DNA of 64,000 nucleotides, from the NCBI GenBank assembly GCA_963667805.1, contig OY764016.1:4952081-5016080 (forward strand), written 5' to 3'. The notes under the pieces are model-generated. The model worked only from the letters and a program-made list of their open reading frames with translations. It ran no database searches and had not been told where the DNA came from. This DNA comes from Candidatus Poribacteria bacterium. GTDB lineage: Bacteria > Poribacteria > WGA-4E > WGA-3G. Positions 39,516-50,100 of this stretch are shown in pieces. A program made the translations under genes and the position numbers. Within the stretch, counting starts at the first letter, position 1; each line of letters opens with the position of its first letter.

Positions 39516-40940
39516 CTAACCTCCAATTAATTGTTTAACTTCCCAGACAATACTTGAAATCGCAAACCCGATATAGACACATGAAGCGATAACCATCATG
39601 AAGGTAGAAAGCCGTTTCGGTTTTGCGAAATCAGGCAGAAAACGGTAGTTCATGTAAAGCGTAAGCGGCACATAAATCGCCATAGCGAAACCGCCCATAT
39701 ACGCCGCATTAAAGAGGAATCCTAATTCACTGACGTTTAACTGCTCCATAACGAAAGTGATGACACACCCACCGACAATCCAGATGCCTGCAATCAGGAG
39801 ATACCACCAGCTTAAGTTTCGTCTTTGTGCCCCTCGGAAGTTGGTGTAGATGATGTCGGAAACCGAACGCGCCACACCATCAACGAGGGCAAGTTGCGTG
39901 CCAAAAAGCGTCGCAACACCAACCAATAAGAAGATCCGCTGTCCCGCCACGCCCCAGATTTCGCCTAATATCTGTGCTTCGTCGTAGATGAGTTTGCCTT
40001 GTTCAGGGACAATGCCTTGGGGATGTAAAACCGCGAGCGCACCGAAAATAAAGAGCAGAATCGTGAATGTGTTGAGTGCCCAAAAGAACAGGATCTGATC
40101 TTTTTTCACATATTGCCACCATTCAGTGAAGCGTTTTCGGTTTTCCTCCGTCGCCTCAAAAAGAAACCCCGTCGCGGGCACCTTTTCGCTCCTGCCTCGA
40201 AGCGGGTTCTGTAGTCCTGGCAGCTGCGCACCCATACCGATGTTTTTATCCCGTAGATAGAACGTGTAAAAGAGATTTGCTGTTCCCCCTGCCCCCGCAA
40301 AAACTAACGCACTGAACAATTTTTTGACCGACATACCTGGGTCTATATATCCAACATTTATCAAACCAGAACCGAGTTTCTGCCAGGTTTCCATTGAGCC
40401 GACAGCGATGGCAACCAGAATTAACCCGATTGTTACAATGGCAACGAGCACCTCAACCGTCCGTTCAACGGATTGATAAATCATCTTGGGTCCAAAAAGG
40501 ATGGCCGCCACCCCAGCAAATGTCACTATTGTCCAAAAGGTATCAGAGCCCCAACCCCCGGGTCCAAGTATGAGTGCTTTGAGCGCAAGTCCCGATGTCC
40601 GTGCCCATCCAGGGGCTATCCAACCCACCACAGTCAGTAGGATGAACAACGGCGCGAAACCTCGCCAGATACGGCTATATCCCGTATACACCGTCTCACC
40701 TGTGGTGATCGTCCAGCGTCCGACTTCAAAGTTTATCCAGAGTTGAAGGAATACACCGAGCACCGCCGCCCAAATCATGCTCCCGCCATATTCAGCAGCG
40801 ATGAGAGGCCAAATCACACTCTCACCCGCACCAATAGACAGACCAACCAAGATAGCACCGGGACCCGCAATTTTCCAAAAAGGTAACTGTTTCTCTGGCA
40901 ATTCGACGATCCTGAAATCATCAAGCGGTTGATAAATCAT
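39516..40940 (-). CDS. Nramp-like/APC-superfamily membrane transporter
   Basis: GPGAILVGLSIGAGE N-terminal motif; about 11 hydrophobic segments. Confidence 0.75.
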   Translation of the reverse strand: MIYQPLDDFRIVELPEKQLPFWKIAGPGAILVGLSIGAGESVIWPLIAAEYGGSMIWAAVLGVFLQLWINFEVGRWTITTGETVYTGYSRIWRGFAPLFILLTVVGWIAPGWARTSGLALKALILGPGGWGSDTFWTIVTFAGVAAILFGPKMIYQSVERTVEVLVAIVTIGLILVAIAVGSMETWQKLGSGLINVGYIDPGMSVKKLFSALVFAGAGGTANLFYTFYLRDKNIGMGAQLPGLQNPLRGRSEKVPATGFLFEATEENRKRFTEWWQYVKKDQILFFWALNTFTILLFIFGALAVLHPQGIVPEQGKLIYDEAQILGEIWGVAGQRIFLLVGVATLFGTQLALVDGVARSVSDIIYTNFRGAQRRNLSWWYLLIAGIWIVGGCVITFVMEQLNVSELGFLFNAAYMGGFAMAIYVPLTLYMNYRFLPDFAKPKRLSTFMMVIASCVYIGFAISSIVWEVKQLIGG

Positions 40941-40958
40941 TTTAATTTTACCTTGCGG
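40941..40958 (-). repeat. Intergenic repeat family X, 3' block only
   Basis: Minus strand reads CCGCAAGGTAAAATTAAA directly followed by the ATG of the transporter gene. Confidence 0.55.
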
Positions 40959-40997
40959 TTCGGTCAGGCGGGTTTGAACTTAACGCCTTGCGAATTA

Positions 40998-43928
40998 TTA
41001 AAAAGCCGCCTCATGTAAGATTTCAATCGGGTGCTTCGGTTGTACACCCGTCCCATGTTCCAGTTGATGTCTACAAGAAAAGCCAGCAGCGCTTAGCGCA
41101 AAACTGCCCGGAGGTTTCTCGCGGACAGCCTCAAAAAGCCTCAATTCGCCAATTTGCATAGAGAGGTCATAGTGTGCCTTCTCGTATCCGAACGCACCCG
41201 CCATGCCACAACAACTCGAATCGATCACAGTGACATTGTGTTCCGATGGCAAACTTAACATCTTCACAGTCGGTTGAGTACCGACGAGTGCTCGCTGATG
41301 ACAATGTCCATGCAGCAATACATCCCGCGGTTCTGCCGAGAATTCCAAGGGCAATTCACCCTTGTCAGCAAGTTGGACAAAAAATTCCTCGAACGAACAC
41401 GTCGCTTCAGCGACACCTTTCGCGGCAGGCGTGCCGATCAGCTCGACGTAATCATCAGTGATAGCAGAGGTACAACTCGGTTCACACCCGACAATTGGAA
41501 TTCCCGCCTCAGCATAACCGCGAAGTGCGTCAATATTGTAGCTCGCATTCGCAACGGCTCGGTCAAGCATTCCCTCAGAGATGAGAGGGCGTCCACAACA
41601 CTTTTTTTTCGGCAGTAATACTTCAAAGCCACATGCTTCAAGCAATTCCACCGCAGCTTTGCCGATAGAGGGTTCGCTGTAATTCATAAAGGTATCCGAA
41701 AAAAGAACCACCTTTTTGTCCGATCTTCGTCGGGATTTCCGCTTTCGGAACCACTGTTCATGGGTAGGGCGCACGAAAGTCGGCATATCGCGCCGCCGAT
41801 CAACACCGATAAGTTTCTCGGCAACCCATTTGGAAAACCCGTTATTGACTGCCCAGTTCGAGAAAGGTGAGAACATTGATCCTAAAGGCGCGAGCGCACC
41901 GATTTCACCGAACAAACGTCGGTGCAACGGTAAACCGTTTGCTTTATGGTAATGTGCGAGGACTTCATACTTAATCTTTGCCATATCTACATTCGATGGA
42001 CATTCCGCCTTACACGCTTTGCATCCCAGACATAAGTCTAATACTTCTTGAAGTCGTTCACTTGTGAGTTCCGTATGTGGCAACGCACCTGAAATAATGG
42101 ATCGGAGCGCATTTGCCCGACCACGTGTCGAGTGCTCCTCTTCGCGTGTCCCAATAAAAGACGGACACATCGTGCCAGTCAGTGTTTTCCGACACGCACC
42201 GACACCGTTGCACATTTCGATTGCCCCGCCAAATCCGTCTTGACTGGAAAAATCGAAGTAAGTATCAACCTTAATGGTGTTATAGTCTGTCCCGAAGCGG
42301 AGATTTTCTGTCATCAGGGGTGCATCAACGATTTTACCCGGATTCATGATTCCGTTCGGATCAAACGCTTTTTTTACTTCAGCGAGGGCTTGATATATCT
42401 GCGGACCGAACATGCTCTCTATCCACTCACTGCGGACGAGACCGTCGCCATGTTCACCGCTCATCGCACCGTCTAATTCCATGAGCAGGTCTCGGACCTC
42501 GCTGGCGATGTCGTGCATCTTCTGAATATCGGTTTCAGATTTGAGATTGACGATAGGACGGTTGTGCAATAATCCAACGCTCGCGTGCGCGTAGTAGGCA
42601 GCAGTCGTATCGTGTGATGTAACAATCTCGTCAAATCTGCGGACGTATTCCGGTAAGTTCTCTATCGGCACCGCGGCATCTTCGACGAAACCAACCGGCT
42701 TCGCATCACCCTTCATCCCCATTAACAAGCCAAGTCCTGCTTTCCGAGTTTCCCAGACGCGGGACTTCTCCTCACTGGTAAAACAGCGCACGAATGCATA
42801 ACCGAAGCCAGTACTTTTCAGCGTTTTTTCAAGCCTGTCTAACTGCGACTCCAATTCCGCTTGAGTTTCACCGTAAAATTCAACAGCAAGCAGTGCGGCA
42901 GGTTCGCCTTGTATAAAAGTCGTAAGCCGCGAAAATTCCAATGAACCCCGCGCCATATCAAGGATAGTCTTATCTATAAGTTCTACGGCAGTCGGATTAC
43001 ATTCCAAGATAGGTTGCATCGCCTCCATGGAACCGACAAGTGACTCGAAATGTACAACGCACAAAGCGGTCAATTTAGGAATCGGCACGAGATTTATTGT
43101 CGCCTCAAGAGTCGTTGCAAGTGTCCCTTCAGAGCCGACGAGGATTTTCGTCAGGCTAAACGGATGGTCTGCGTCACATCCATCACGACGATAAGGTGTA
43201 ACCTCTTTTGAACCAGCATTTGGAATAAACTCATCAAGATTGTAACCCGCAACGCGACGCAGGATACGAGGATAGCGTTTACGGATCTCAGTTTCGTTGT
43301 CCGCACACACTCGGCAAAGTTCACGATAGATGTTTGCCTCTAATGTGTTGCCCTGTTTTTTAGTCTCTAATTCTGCAATGGAAATAGGGGATGCTGTGAT
43401 TTCATCAGCGTTGGAAAGCACTAAATCAAGCGACATGACGTGATCAATGGTTTTACCATAGATGAGGGAATGCGAACCCGCGGAGTTGTTTCCAATGGTA
43501 CCACCGACGTTCGCTCGGCTACTCGTAGCGACATCAGGCGCATACATCAAACCGTGAGGTTTTAACTTATGGTTCAGTTCGTCTAAGACAATACCGGGTT
43601 GCACGCGCGCCCAACGCTCAGCGACATTTACCTCAAGAAGTTGGTTCATGTATTTGGACATGTCCAATACGATTGCCTTACCGACGCTCTGTCCAGCGAG
43701 ACTCGTGCCGCCACCGCGCGGGAGGATCGGAATGTTGCGTGCTGCCGCGATTTGCACAGTCTTAATAACATCTTGGCTATCTTTCGGGATTACAACACCT
43801 ATCGGCTGTATTTGGTAGAGGCTCGCGTCCGTGCTATAGAGTGCCTTAGAATACAAATCAAAGCGCACCTCTCCTGCAAGCGTATTGGATAATTGTTGTT
43901 CAAGCGTTTCCAATGTAGAAGGGTCCAT
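40998..43928 (-). CDS. FAD-linked oxidase with Fe-S and CCG domains (YdiJ / GlcD-GlcF fusion type)
   Basis: PRGGGTSLAGQ, GSEGTL, HASVG, GEHGDG, CNGVGAC, CLGCKACKAECP, CCGRP and CCGMAG. Confidence 0.92.
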   Translation of the reverse strand: MDPSTLETLEQQLSNTLAGEVRFDLYSKALYSTDASLYQIQPIGVVIPKDSQDVIKTVQIAAARNIPILPRGGGTSLAGQSVGKAIVLDMSKYMNQLLEVNVAERWARVQPGIVLDELNHKLKPHGLMYAPDVATSSRANVGGTIGNNSAGSHSLIYGKTIDHVMSLDLVLSNADEITASPISIAELETKKQGNTLEANIYRELCRVCADNETEIRKRYPRILRRVAGYNLDEFIPNAGSKEVTPYRRDGCDADHPFSLTKILVGSEGTLATTLEATINLVPIPKLTALCVVHFESLVGSMEAMQPILECNPTAVELIDKTILDMARGSLEFSRLTTFIQGEPAALLAVEFYGETQAELESQLDRLEKTLKSTGFGYAFVRCFTSEEKSRVWETRKAGLGLLMGMKGDAKPVGFVEDAAVPIENLPEYVRRFDEIVTSHDTTAAYYAHASVGLLHNRPIVNLKSETDIQKMHDIASEVRDLLMELDGAMSGEHGDGLVRSEWIESMFGPQIYQALAEVKKAFDPNGIMNPGKIVDAPLMTENLRFGTDYNTIKVDTYFDFSSQDGFGGAIEMCNGVGACRKTLTGTMCPSFIGTREEEHSTRGRANALRSIISGALPHTELTSERLQEVLDLCLGCKACKAECPSNVDMAKIKYEVLAHYHKANGLPLHRRLFGEIGALAPLGSMFSPFSNWAVNNGFSKWVAEKLIGVDRRRDMPTFVRPTHEQWFRKRKSRRRSDKKVVLFSDTFMNYSEPSIGKAAVELLEACGFEVLLPKKKCCGRPLISEGMLDRAVANASYNIDALRGYAEAGIPIVGCEPSCTSAITDDYVELIGTPAAKGVAEATCSFEEFFVQLADKGELPLEFSAEPRDVLLHGHCHQRALVGTQPTVKMLSLPSEHNVTVIDSSCCGMAGAFGYEKAHYDLSMQIGELRLFEAVREKPPGSFALSAAGFSCRHQLEHGTGVQPKHPIEILHEAAF

Positions 43929-44003
43929 ATTTGTAGTCCAAAAAACTGGAAACATCGCGAGGGATAATCGCGACCGTTCCTTTTTTATCCTCCCCAAAAA
44001 AAT

Positions 44004-44032
44004 TTGACATCGCTACCCGAGTAAAGTATAAT
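44004..44032 (+). promoter_or_regulatory. Consensus sigma70 promoter of tRNA-Leu
   Basis: TTGACA-N17-TATAAT. Confidence 0.85.
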
Positions 44033-44044
44033 TAACCATACAAT

Positions 44045-44128
44045 GCCCCTGTGGTGGAATTTGGTATACACAGCAGGTTGAGGGCCTGTGCCTTAATTGG
44101 CATACTGGTTCGAGTCCAGTCGGGGGCA
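44045..44128 (+). tRNA. tRNA-Leu(GAG)
   Basis: GCCCCTG/CGGGGGC acceptor stem, GCAGG-TTGAGGG-CCTGT anticodon arm, long variable arm, GGTTCGAGTCC. Confidence 0.95.
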
Positions 44129-44157
44129 TTTCCCTCTCTTTGATTCCAGTCGCCGAC

Positions 44158-45309
44158 TTACGCAGCACCTTCAAGCAACTCCCGATATACCTGATAAGTC
44201 TGTTCCGCAATCGTTTCCCATGTGAAGTCCTTGACGCGGTTAATCCCACCTTCAACTAAATCGTTCCGAAGACGCGCATTGTGTGTGATGCGATATATCC
44301 GTTCTGCCAAAGCCTCCATATCACCTTCAGGGAAGGTAAGTCCGGCGTTATCAATCACATGCGGAATTTCGCCGGAATTTGAACCGATGACTGGCACTTC
44401 GCATGCCATTGCTTCGATAAGCACCCTACCGAAAAATTCTACCCATCCCGGTGTTGTTCGAGATGGCAGCACCAGTGTATCCATACAATTAATATAGGCG
44501 GCTACCGCTTCAGGAGGCACCGCGTCTATCCACACAATATGTCCAGAGATTCCAAGAGTTTCAGCAGTTTTTTGAAAACGCGGTTTATCTTCACCTTGTC
44601 CGACGATTAGCAGTTTATATGTGCGCGTCGTATCTCGGTTTACAAGGGACGCTACAGCCTCAAGAAGTGTGTCTACTCCCTTCATGTGAAGTAATCTACC
44701 TACGTAACCAACGACAAAACAGTCGCTGAGCTGCAATGAAGTCTTCAACTTGCTGACATCCATTTTATAGAAATGCCGGACATCAACACCGTTCGGAAAC
44801 GGGGTTTGCTGTCCGGTGTAACCGCGTTGCGTTAAGATCTTGCCAGCATTCACACTCAGTGGGAAAGCTCTATCCGTTTCTCGAAAAACACGGCGTTCAA
44901 TCCACACAGGTAAAAAGCCAAACCGCTGTTTAGTCGGTATACTCAGGGATGTCCGAAAAATAAAATGACTGTTTGGACAATATTTGCGTTTCAACCGAAC
45001 TGTCTGTAGAGCATTAAGGCTCCAAGCCTCCTCTTCTAAGTGGATAATATCCGGTTGAAAATCTCGGAAGTGGGGCTTCACACCGTGGCGGTAATAAAAA
45101 CGACTGCCGTATCCCGAGAATCGTATTGGACATGGAAATTCTTCACACGGCGTGTCCAACTCCGGTTCAAAGACAATATCTTGAAAACTTTCATACCAAC
45201 GTGCAGGAACGACAACCCGTAATGTGACATCCGGACGTTCTGCGATGAGAGCGAACTTTCGTCGGTACGGCTTCATAATATAGGAATGAGAAAGGACTAA
45301 GATACGCAC
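44158..45309 (-). CDS. Glycosyltransferase family 4
   Basis: PNGVD, YVGRL..KG and EFFGRVLIEAMACEVPVIGS. Confidence 0.92.
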   Translation of the reverse strand: MRILVLSHSYIMKPYRRKFALIAERPDVTLRVVVPARWYESFQDIVFEPELDTPCEEFPCPIRFSGYGSRFYYRHGVKPHFRDFQPDIIHLEEEAWSLNALQTVRLKRKYCPNSHFIFRTSLSIPTKQRFGFLPVWIERRVFRETDRAFPLSVNAGKILTQRGYTGQQTPFPNGVDVRHFYKMDVSKLKTSLQLSDCFVVGYVGRLLHMKGVDTLLEAVASLVNRDTTRTYKLLIVGQGEDKPRFQKTAETLGISGHIVWIDAVPPEAVAAYINCMDTLVLPSRTTPGWVEFFGRVLIEAMACEVPVIGSNSGEIPHVIDNAGLTFPEGDMEALAERIYRITHNARLRNDLVEGGINRVKDFTWETIAEQTYQVYRELLEGAA

Positions 45310-45323
45310 GGGTCATTAAGTCC

Positions 45324-45725
45324 CTAAACACTCCCAAAGATTCTCGGGCTCACTGACTGCTCATCTTCAGAGACATCCGCATCCGATTCATCAGGGGCTG
45401 CCTCAAAAGTGATTTCATCGTTTATATCTACTGAACTTTCATCTGAAGCAACGAGAACATCCATCAAACCTTCAAGTCTTTCGCGGATCTCTGATCGTTC
45501 ATCCGAAATGGTGGCACGCTCTGAGTCAAGTTCCTCCCTAAGATTGCTATTACGATCTTCAAGATCTTGAATCTGTGCATCGCGTTGCAGTAAATCACTG
45601 TTGAGCCGGGCAATTTCAGCCTCCAGTTCCAGTTTGTCTGCTCTTAATTCCTGAACGGTTGAAATCGCAAGTTCAACACGTTCCTCCAGCAGCGATACAA
45701 TACTTTGTTCTAATGCGTCAGACAT
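45324..45725 (-). CDS. Coiled-coil protein, ZapB-like, acidic tail
   Basis: LEERVELAISTVQELRADKLELEAE...ERSEIRERLEGLM heptads; GGAGG RBS. Confidence 0.55.
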   Translation of the reverse strand: MSDALEQSIVSLLEERVELAISTVQELRADKLELEAEIARLNSDLLQRDAQIQDLEDRNSNLREELDSERATISDERSEIRERLEGLMDVLVASDESSVDINDEITFEAAPDESDADVSEDEQSVSPRIFGSV

Positions 45726-45752
45726 ATTAATTCCTCCAAAATGGTATGTTTA

Positions 45753-46673
45753 TTAATTCGCGACGGATTTGCGATTCTCCACCGCAGCGGTAACACTCGT
45801 GTCAATCAGTGATAGATGCTCAGCATCCGCCCAATCTTGACATTCATGGACGTAGTGAAAAAGGTACTGTTGCGCGTACCCCACGCTATCCCCGAAATAA
45901 CCATGCGCGAACTCGCGTATCTCAGGATACGTAGCACGCCTGCGCAGATAAAGTGTCTCAAAGATTCGTTTTATCCAAACATCAATCGGTAGTGCTGCAA
46001 GATGCCCAAGCGAAAATAGACAGATACAATCGGCGACTTTCTCACCTATACCTTTTCTACGCATTAATTCGCGCTTCGCCTCAGGATAGGACATCTCCTT
46101 CACCGCCGTGAGTTCAAATTCACCACTCACAACTGCTGCCGCAGCTTCTCGAAGATAACTCGCTCGGTAGCCGGTGCCACACGCGAGAAGTTCTGCCTCT
46201 GTTGTAGCCCCGAGTGCTTCTGGACTTGGGAAACTATAATTCACGTAACCTCCAAACGTCAGCTGTTCACCAAAACGCTCGGAGAGCCTGCGGATAATCC
46301 CACGAATCCGAGATATATTGTTGTTCTGAGATAAAATGAATGATGCCACCGTTTCCCAAAGTTCTTGGTTCAGAATCCGCATCCCCCAAAGTTTCTCAAT
46401 CGCCCGATGCATATACGCATCGTTGTCAACTGCAGCGAGGAGCTTTGGAACATCACGGTCAAGATCAAGATAGTGTCGGAGAAATGGGACGAAGGTAGTC
46501 TTATCCTCGGTGGTAGAACTCTCCACACGCAAGGTAGTTCCTACTTGACAAATTTTGAGGATGCGTCCCTCCACGACACCGTAATAGGCATCATCTATTC
46601 GATTCCATCGAAACGACTGTCCGGATTCTAAGGTATATTTCAAACTAAAGTCTGTTGCATCCTGAATCTGCAT
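45753..46673 (-). CDS. 8-oxoguanine DNA glycosylase (OGG1-like, HhH-GPD)
   Basis: TLESGQSFRW, SFILSQNNNISRI, GYRA, GIGEKVADC, PIDVW and GYAQQYLF. Confidence 0.92.
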   Translation of the reverse strand: MQIQDATDFSLKYTLESGQSFRWNRIDDAYYGVVEGRILKICQVGTTLRVESSTTEDKTTFVPFLRHYLDLDRDVPKLLAAVDNDAYMHRAIEKLWGMRILNQELWETVASFILSQNNNISRIRGIIRRLSERFGEQLTFGGYVNYSFPSPEALGATTEAELLACGTGYRASYLREAAAAVVSGEFELTAVKEMSYPEAKRELMRRKGIGEKVADCICLFSLGHLAALPIDVWIKRIFETLYLRRRATYPEIREFAHGYFGDSVGYAQQYLFHYVHECQDWADAEHLSLIDTSVTAAVENRKSVAN

Positions 46674-46809
46674 CGTGTGTTTTGTTGAGTTTTGGTGAGC
46701 ACTTGTAAGCAATACCCTTGATATTTACCAATTAGTATATAGTAAATTTCAAAAATTAGCAAATTTTTATTCTATGTCCCAAAATCCACTCTATTTTCAG
46801 CGACCTGAT

Positions 46810-46838
46810 TTGACATTTTGCTCAGTTACGGGTATAAT
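46810..46838 (+). promoter_or_regulatory. Consensus sigma70 promoter
   Basis: TTGACA-N17-TATAAT upstream of the ppiD-like gene. Confidence 0.8.
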
Positions 46839-46894
46839 ATTAACACCTTGGTCTGAAAAGTAATAGAAACTAAACAGGAGAAACCTTGTAAAAC

Positions 46895-48853
46895 ATGATT
46901 ATCTTTCTACGCGAAAAATTTATTGCGCAACTCTTTATGTGGATAATCGCCATTGTGTTCCTTGCAGGGACGGTGTTCCTCTACAGCAACACGCAGGGCA
47001 CGGGTGAAGATCCAGAAGGAGAAGTCGTTCTCAGAATTAATAACTCAGAAGTCAAGCGAGGAGAGTTTGAGAGTGCCGTCGCTAATGCCTTGGAAACGCA
47101 AAGACGAAACCAGAGATTCGGCGCACTGGACCGAGAGGAAACGCAAAAGTCAGTCATTGAGCGATGGATACAACAAACCATACTTGGAAGTGTAGATATT
47201 GGTCCTGCTGAAATAGAACGCTATATCCGAAGCGACACCACCCGAGTCGAACAGTACAATCTTTACCAACAGTTCGGGGCAGCAGACCTCTATACGGAGA
47301 ATGTTCGTTTACAACTCAGTTCCGCTGCACTCCGAGATAGTGTGCAATCACTTGAGTTGGTAACCGATACTGAAGCAGAACAAGCATATCGACTTGAATC
47401 AGACAAGGCAAAAGTTAAATTTATTGAGTTTAAGCATAGTGATTATGCCGCAACGACTGAAGTAGATGAAGCAGAAGCAGAGGCGTACTTTGAGAAAAAT
47501 CGGGATAATTATAAATCGGAAGAACAGGTGAATGTAAAGTTTATTAGGGTAAATCCTGCCGATCTCGTTTCAGACGAAGACATTGCTGCGCATTATGAGG
47601 AAAACCAAGCGGAGTTTACAACACCCGAAGTGGTTAAAGCACGCCATATCTTGAAAAAATTTCCTGATAACGCAACCGACGAACAAAAGGCGGAGACCAA
47701 AACTGCCGCAGAGGAACTCCTCAAAACTATCAACGCAGAGCTGGCAGCGGGCGCGGACTTCGCAGAACTCGCAAGGACCCATTCAGAGGGACCTTCCGGT
47801 GCCCAAGGGGGGGCGTTAAGGGGGGGAAACCCAAAACTTCCACCCGGAGACTACTTTGCCCGTGGAGACATGGTCAAACCCTTTGAGGAAACAGCTTTTG
47901 ACAGCCTCGAACCAGGAGAAGTCAGCGGTTTAGTCGAAACACAATTTGGGTTCCACATCATCAAGTTGGAGGAAAAGAGAGCACCAGAGGTTCAACCGTT
48001 CGACCAGGTCCAATACGACATCCGGCAAAAACTCGTTCAAGTCAGCGGTGTTGATGAGGCAAAAAACGTTGCGTCCGACCTTCTGTATGAAATCGAAATC
48101 CAGGACTATGACGCGGCACTTGCACTTGAAAGATACAAGGAACTTTCCTTCATCGCACTGGAAACAGGGTTCTTCAGTCGTGATGTTACAACTATTCCGC
48201 AGATTGGTGCAAGATGGGGGTATCAAGGGTTAATCGAAGAACTCTTTGATATGGAAGTAAACGTAATAAAGGTTGTTGAGGCGAAAAAATCTAATGGAGA
48301 ACAGATAGAAGCCTATTTTGTCGCCACCGTTCTTGAAAAAAAGCCGGCAACTATTCCAGCGTTTTCAGAAATCAAATCGCTGGTCCTCAGCGATCTGAAA
48401 ACGGAAAAATCCAAGGAACGTGCCTTTGAGGATGCACAAAACCTGCTTAATAAACGGGCAGACACCACATCACTGGATGCCTTACTGGAAAAGTATGACG
48501 CGCCTGAGAGTTTAGCAACAGACCGACTTTCTGTCCAAGAAAGCAACCTGTTCGCGCTCAGTCCAAACAGTGATTATATTGCCGGTATGGGAAGTTCGAC
48601 TGAAACGATGTTCGCCGCATTTCAGATGGAAGTTGATGAGATTGGGGGTCCCTTCAATGGGAGCAATTCTGTCTATATTGTCCAACTCATTGAGAGGGAA
48701 GAACCTGACATTGAAACGTTCCAAATGGATCCGGCTGAGAAAGCACGGCATCGTCAAGCTCTCATTCAAGCGAAGAAACGGGAAACATATTTGAATTGGT
48801 TCGCCGCACGCAAAAAGGCGAGTGAACTCTGGATCCATCCGGATTATCGTTAA
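46895..48853 (+). CDS. PpiD/SurA-like membrane-anchored parvulin peptidylprolyl isomerase
   Basis: N-terminal TM; ARHIL, FAELARTHSEGPS, MVKPFE and VETQFGFHII. Confidence 0.88.
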   Translation: MIIFLREKFIAQLFMWIIAIVFLAGTVFLYSNTQGTGEDPEGEVVLRINNSEVKRGEFESAVANALETQRRNQRFGALDREETQKSVIERWIQQTILGSVDIGPAEIERYIRSDTTRVEQYNLYQQFGAADLYTENVRLQLSSAALRDSVQSLELVTDTEAEQAYRLESDKAKVKFIEFKHSDYAATTEVDEAEAEAYFEKNRDNYKSEEQVNVKFIRVNPADLVSDEDIAAHYEENQAEFTTPEVVKARHILKKFPDNATDEQKAETKTAAEELLKTINAELAAGADFAELARTHSEGPSGAQGGALRGGNPKLPPGDYFARGDMVKPFEETAFDSLEPGEVSGLVETQFGFHIIKLEEKRAPEVQPFDQVQYDIRQKLVQVSGVDEAKNVASDLLYEIEIQDYDAALALERYKELSFIALETGFFSRDVTTIPQIGARWGYQGLIEELFDMEVNVIKVVEAKKSNGEQIEAYFVATVLEKKPATIPAFSEIKSLVLSDLKTEKSKERAFEDAQNLLNKRADTTSLDALLEKYDAPESLATDRLSVQESNLFALSPNSDYIAGMGSSTETMFAAFQMEVDEIGGPFNGSNSVYIVQLIEREEPDIETFQMDPAEKARHRQALIQAKKRETYLNWFAARKKASELWIHPDYR

Positions 48854-49917
48854 TTCAGGAGTTCGTAAAAAAAATTGCGGCGTTTGGGGATATAACCTAA
48901 CTCGGCTATCGTGCGTTCGATCTCCTCAATCGGCATGCAATAGACCGTTCCAGCTTTACTGACAACGTTCTCCTCTATCATTGTGCCTCCCATATCATTC
49001 GCACCGAATTTAAGCGATAATTGTCCGATTTTCGGACCTTGGGTTACCCATGAAGATTGAAAGTTGTCGAAGTTATCCAGAAACAATCGCGAAATAGCGA
49101 GTGTTTTGAGGTATTCAAAACTCCCTGCCGGTGGTATATGATCCATATCGGTGTTGGTGGGTTGAAACGACCAGCAAATAAACGCTGTGAATCCACCTGT
49201 CTCATCTTGCAAATCACGTAATCTGACGAGGTGCTCAACACGTTCAGCATAACTCTCTACATGTCCATACATCATCGTCGCGCTCGACTTCAGCCCGACC
49301 AAATGTCCTTGACGCATGACCTCCAGCCACTCGTCAGCCGTGCATTTTTTAGGGCTAATCTCATTACGGGCATGATCAGTGAGAATCTCAGCGCCGCCCC
49401 CAGGAATCGAATCAAGTCCAGCGTCTCGCAACCGGATAAGCGTCTCTCGCAGCGACATACGATTTATCTTGGCAAACCAATCCAACTCTGGTGGGGAAAA
49501 CCCGTGGATATGAATGCGGTAATTTGCTTTGATCCAACGCAGGAGATCTTCGTACCAGTCAAGTTTGAGTTTCGGATGCAATCCACCTTGCATGAGAATC
49601 AACTCACCGCCAAGATCCAGTGTTTCCTGTATCTTTTTCCCCAGTTCTTCTCGTTCCATAACATAAGCGTCAGGGTCTTGACGATGGCGGTAAAAAGCAC
49701 AGAAATCGCAGTCCACATAACACCAATTGGTATAGTTGATATTTCGGTCAACAATATACGTGACGTAGCCTTCTGGATGTTTGCGTTGTCGAGCGATATC
49801 TGCAGCGTGCCCCAGCGCAAGTAAATCGTGGCTCTTGAAAAGCGTCAGACAGTCATCAAAGTCTAACCGTTCGCCCGAAAGTGATTTCTCAAGAATAGAT
49901 TGGATGTTTGTATCCAT
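48850..49917 (-). CDS. mqnC: Cyclic dehypoxanthinyl futalosine synthase (radical SAM)
   Basis: VDRNINYTNWCYVDCDFCAF, SIPGGGAEIL, QSSWVTQG and IEENVV. Confidence 0.93.
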   Translation of the reverse strand: MDTNIQSILEKSLSGERLDFDDCLTLFKSHDLLALGHAADIARQRKHPEGYVTYIVDRNINYTNWCYVDCDFCAFYRHRQDPDAYVMEREELGKKIQETLDLGGELILMQGGLHPKLKLDWYEDLLRWIKANYRIHIHGFSPPELDWFAKINRMSLRETLIRLRDAGLDSIPGGGAEILTDHARNEISPKKCTADEWLEVMRQGHLVGLKSSATMMYGHVESYAERVEHLVRLRDLQDETGGFTAFICWSFQPTNTDMDHIPPAGSFEYLKTLAISRLFLDNFDNFQSSWVTQGPKIGQLSLKFGANDMGGTMIEENVVSKAGTVYCMPIEEIERTIAELGYIPKRRNFFYELLN

Positions 49918-49970
49918 TTACAAGGTTCCTTAATTCTATAAAACAGACTGATACCAAATCTAATGTTGCA

Positions 49971-49999
49971 ATTCTAACACTTTATAACCTGTTTGTCAA
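49971..49999 (-). promoter_or_regulatory. Sigma70-type promoter for mqnC
   Basis: Minus strand TTGACA-N17-TAGAAT. Confidence 0.65.
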
Positions 50000-50017
50000 C
50001 TTTTCTGCCATTTTAAT

Positions 50018-50045
50018 TTGACTTTTGCAGAAAATTCAGTATAAT
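50018..50045 (+). promoter_or_regulatory. Sigma70-type promoter for rpoZ
   Basis: TTGACT-N16-TATAAT. Confidence 0.6.
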
Positions 50046-50100
50046 TGTAACACGTTTGTTCTGAATCTGTATTTCTGTATTTAAGCAAGGAGAGACGAAA

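Noticed and set aside
44045-44128. tRNA-Leu as an integration site for an island or prophage
   Set aside because: No integrase and no duplicated tRNA 3' end noticed; flanks are ordinary metabolic genes
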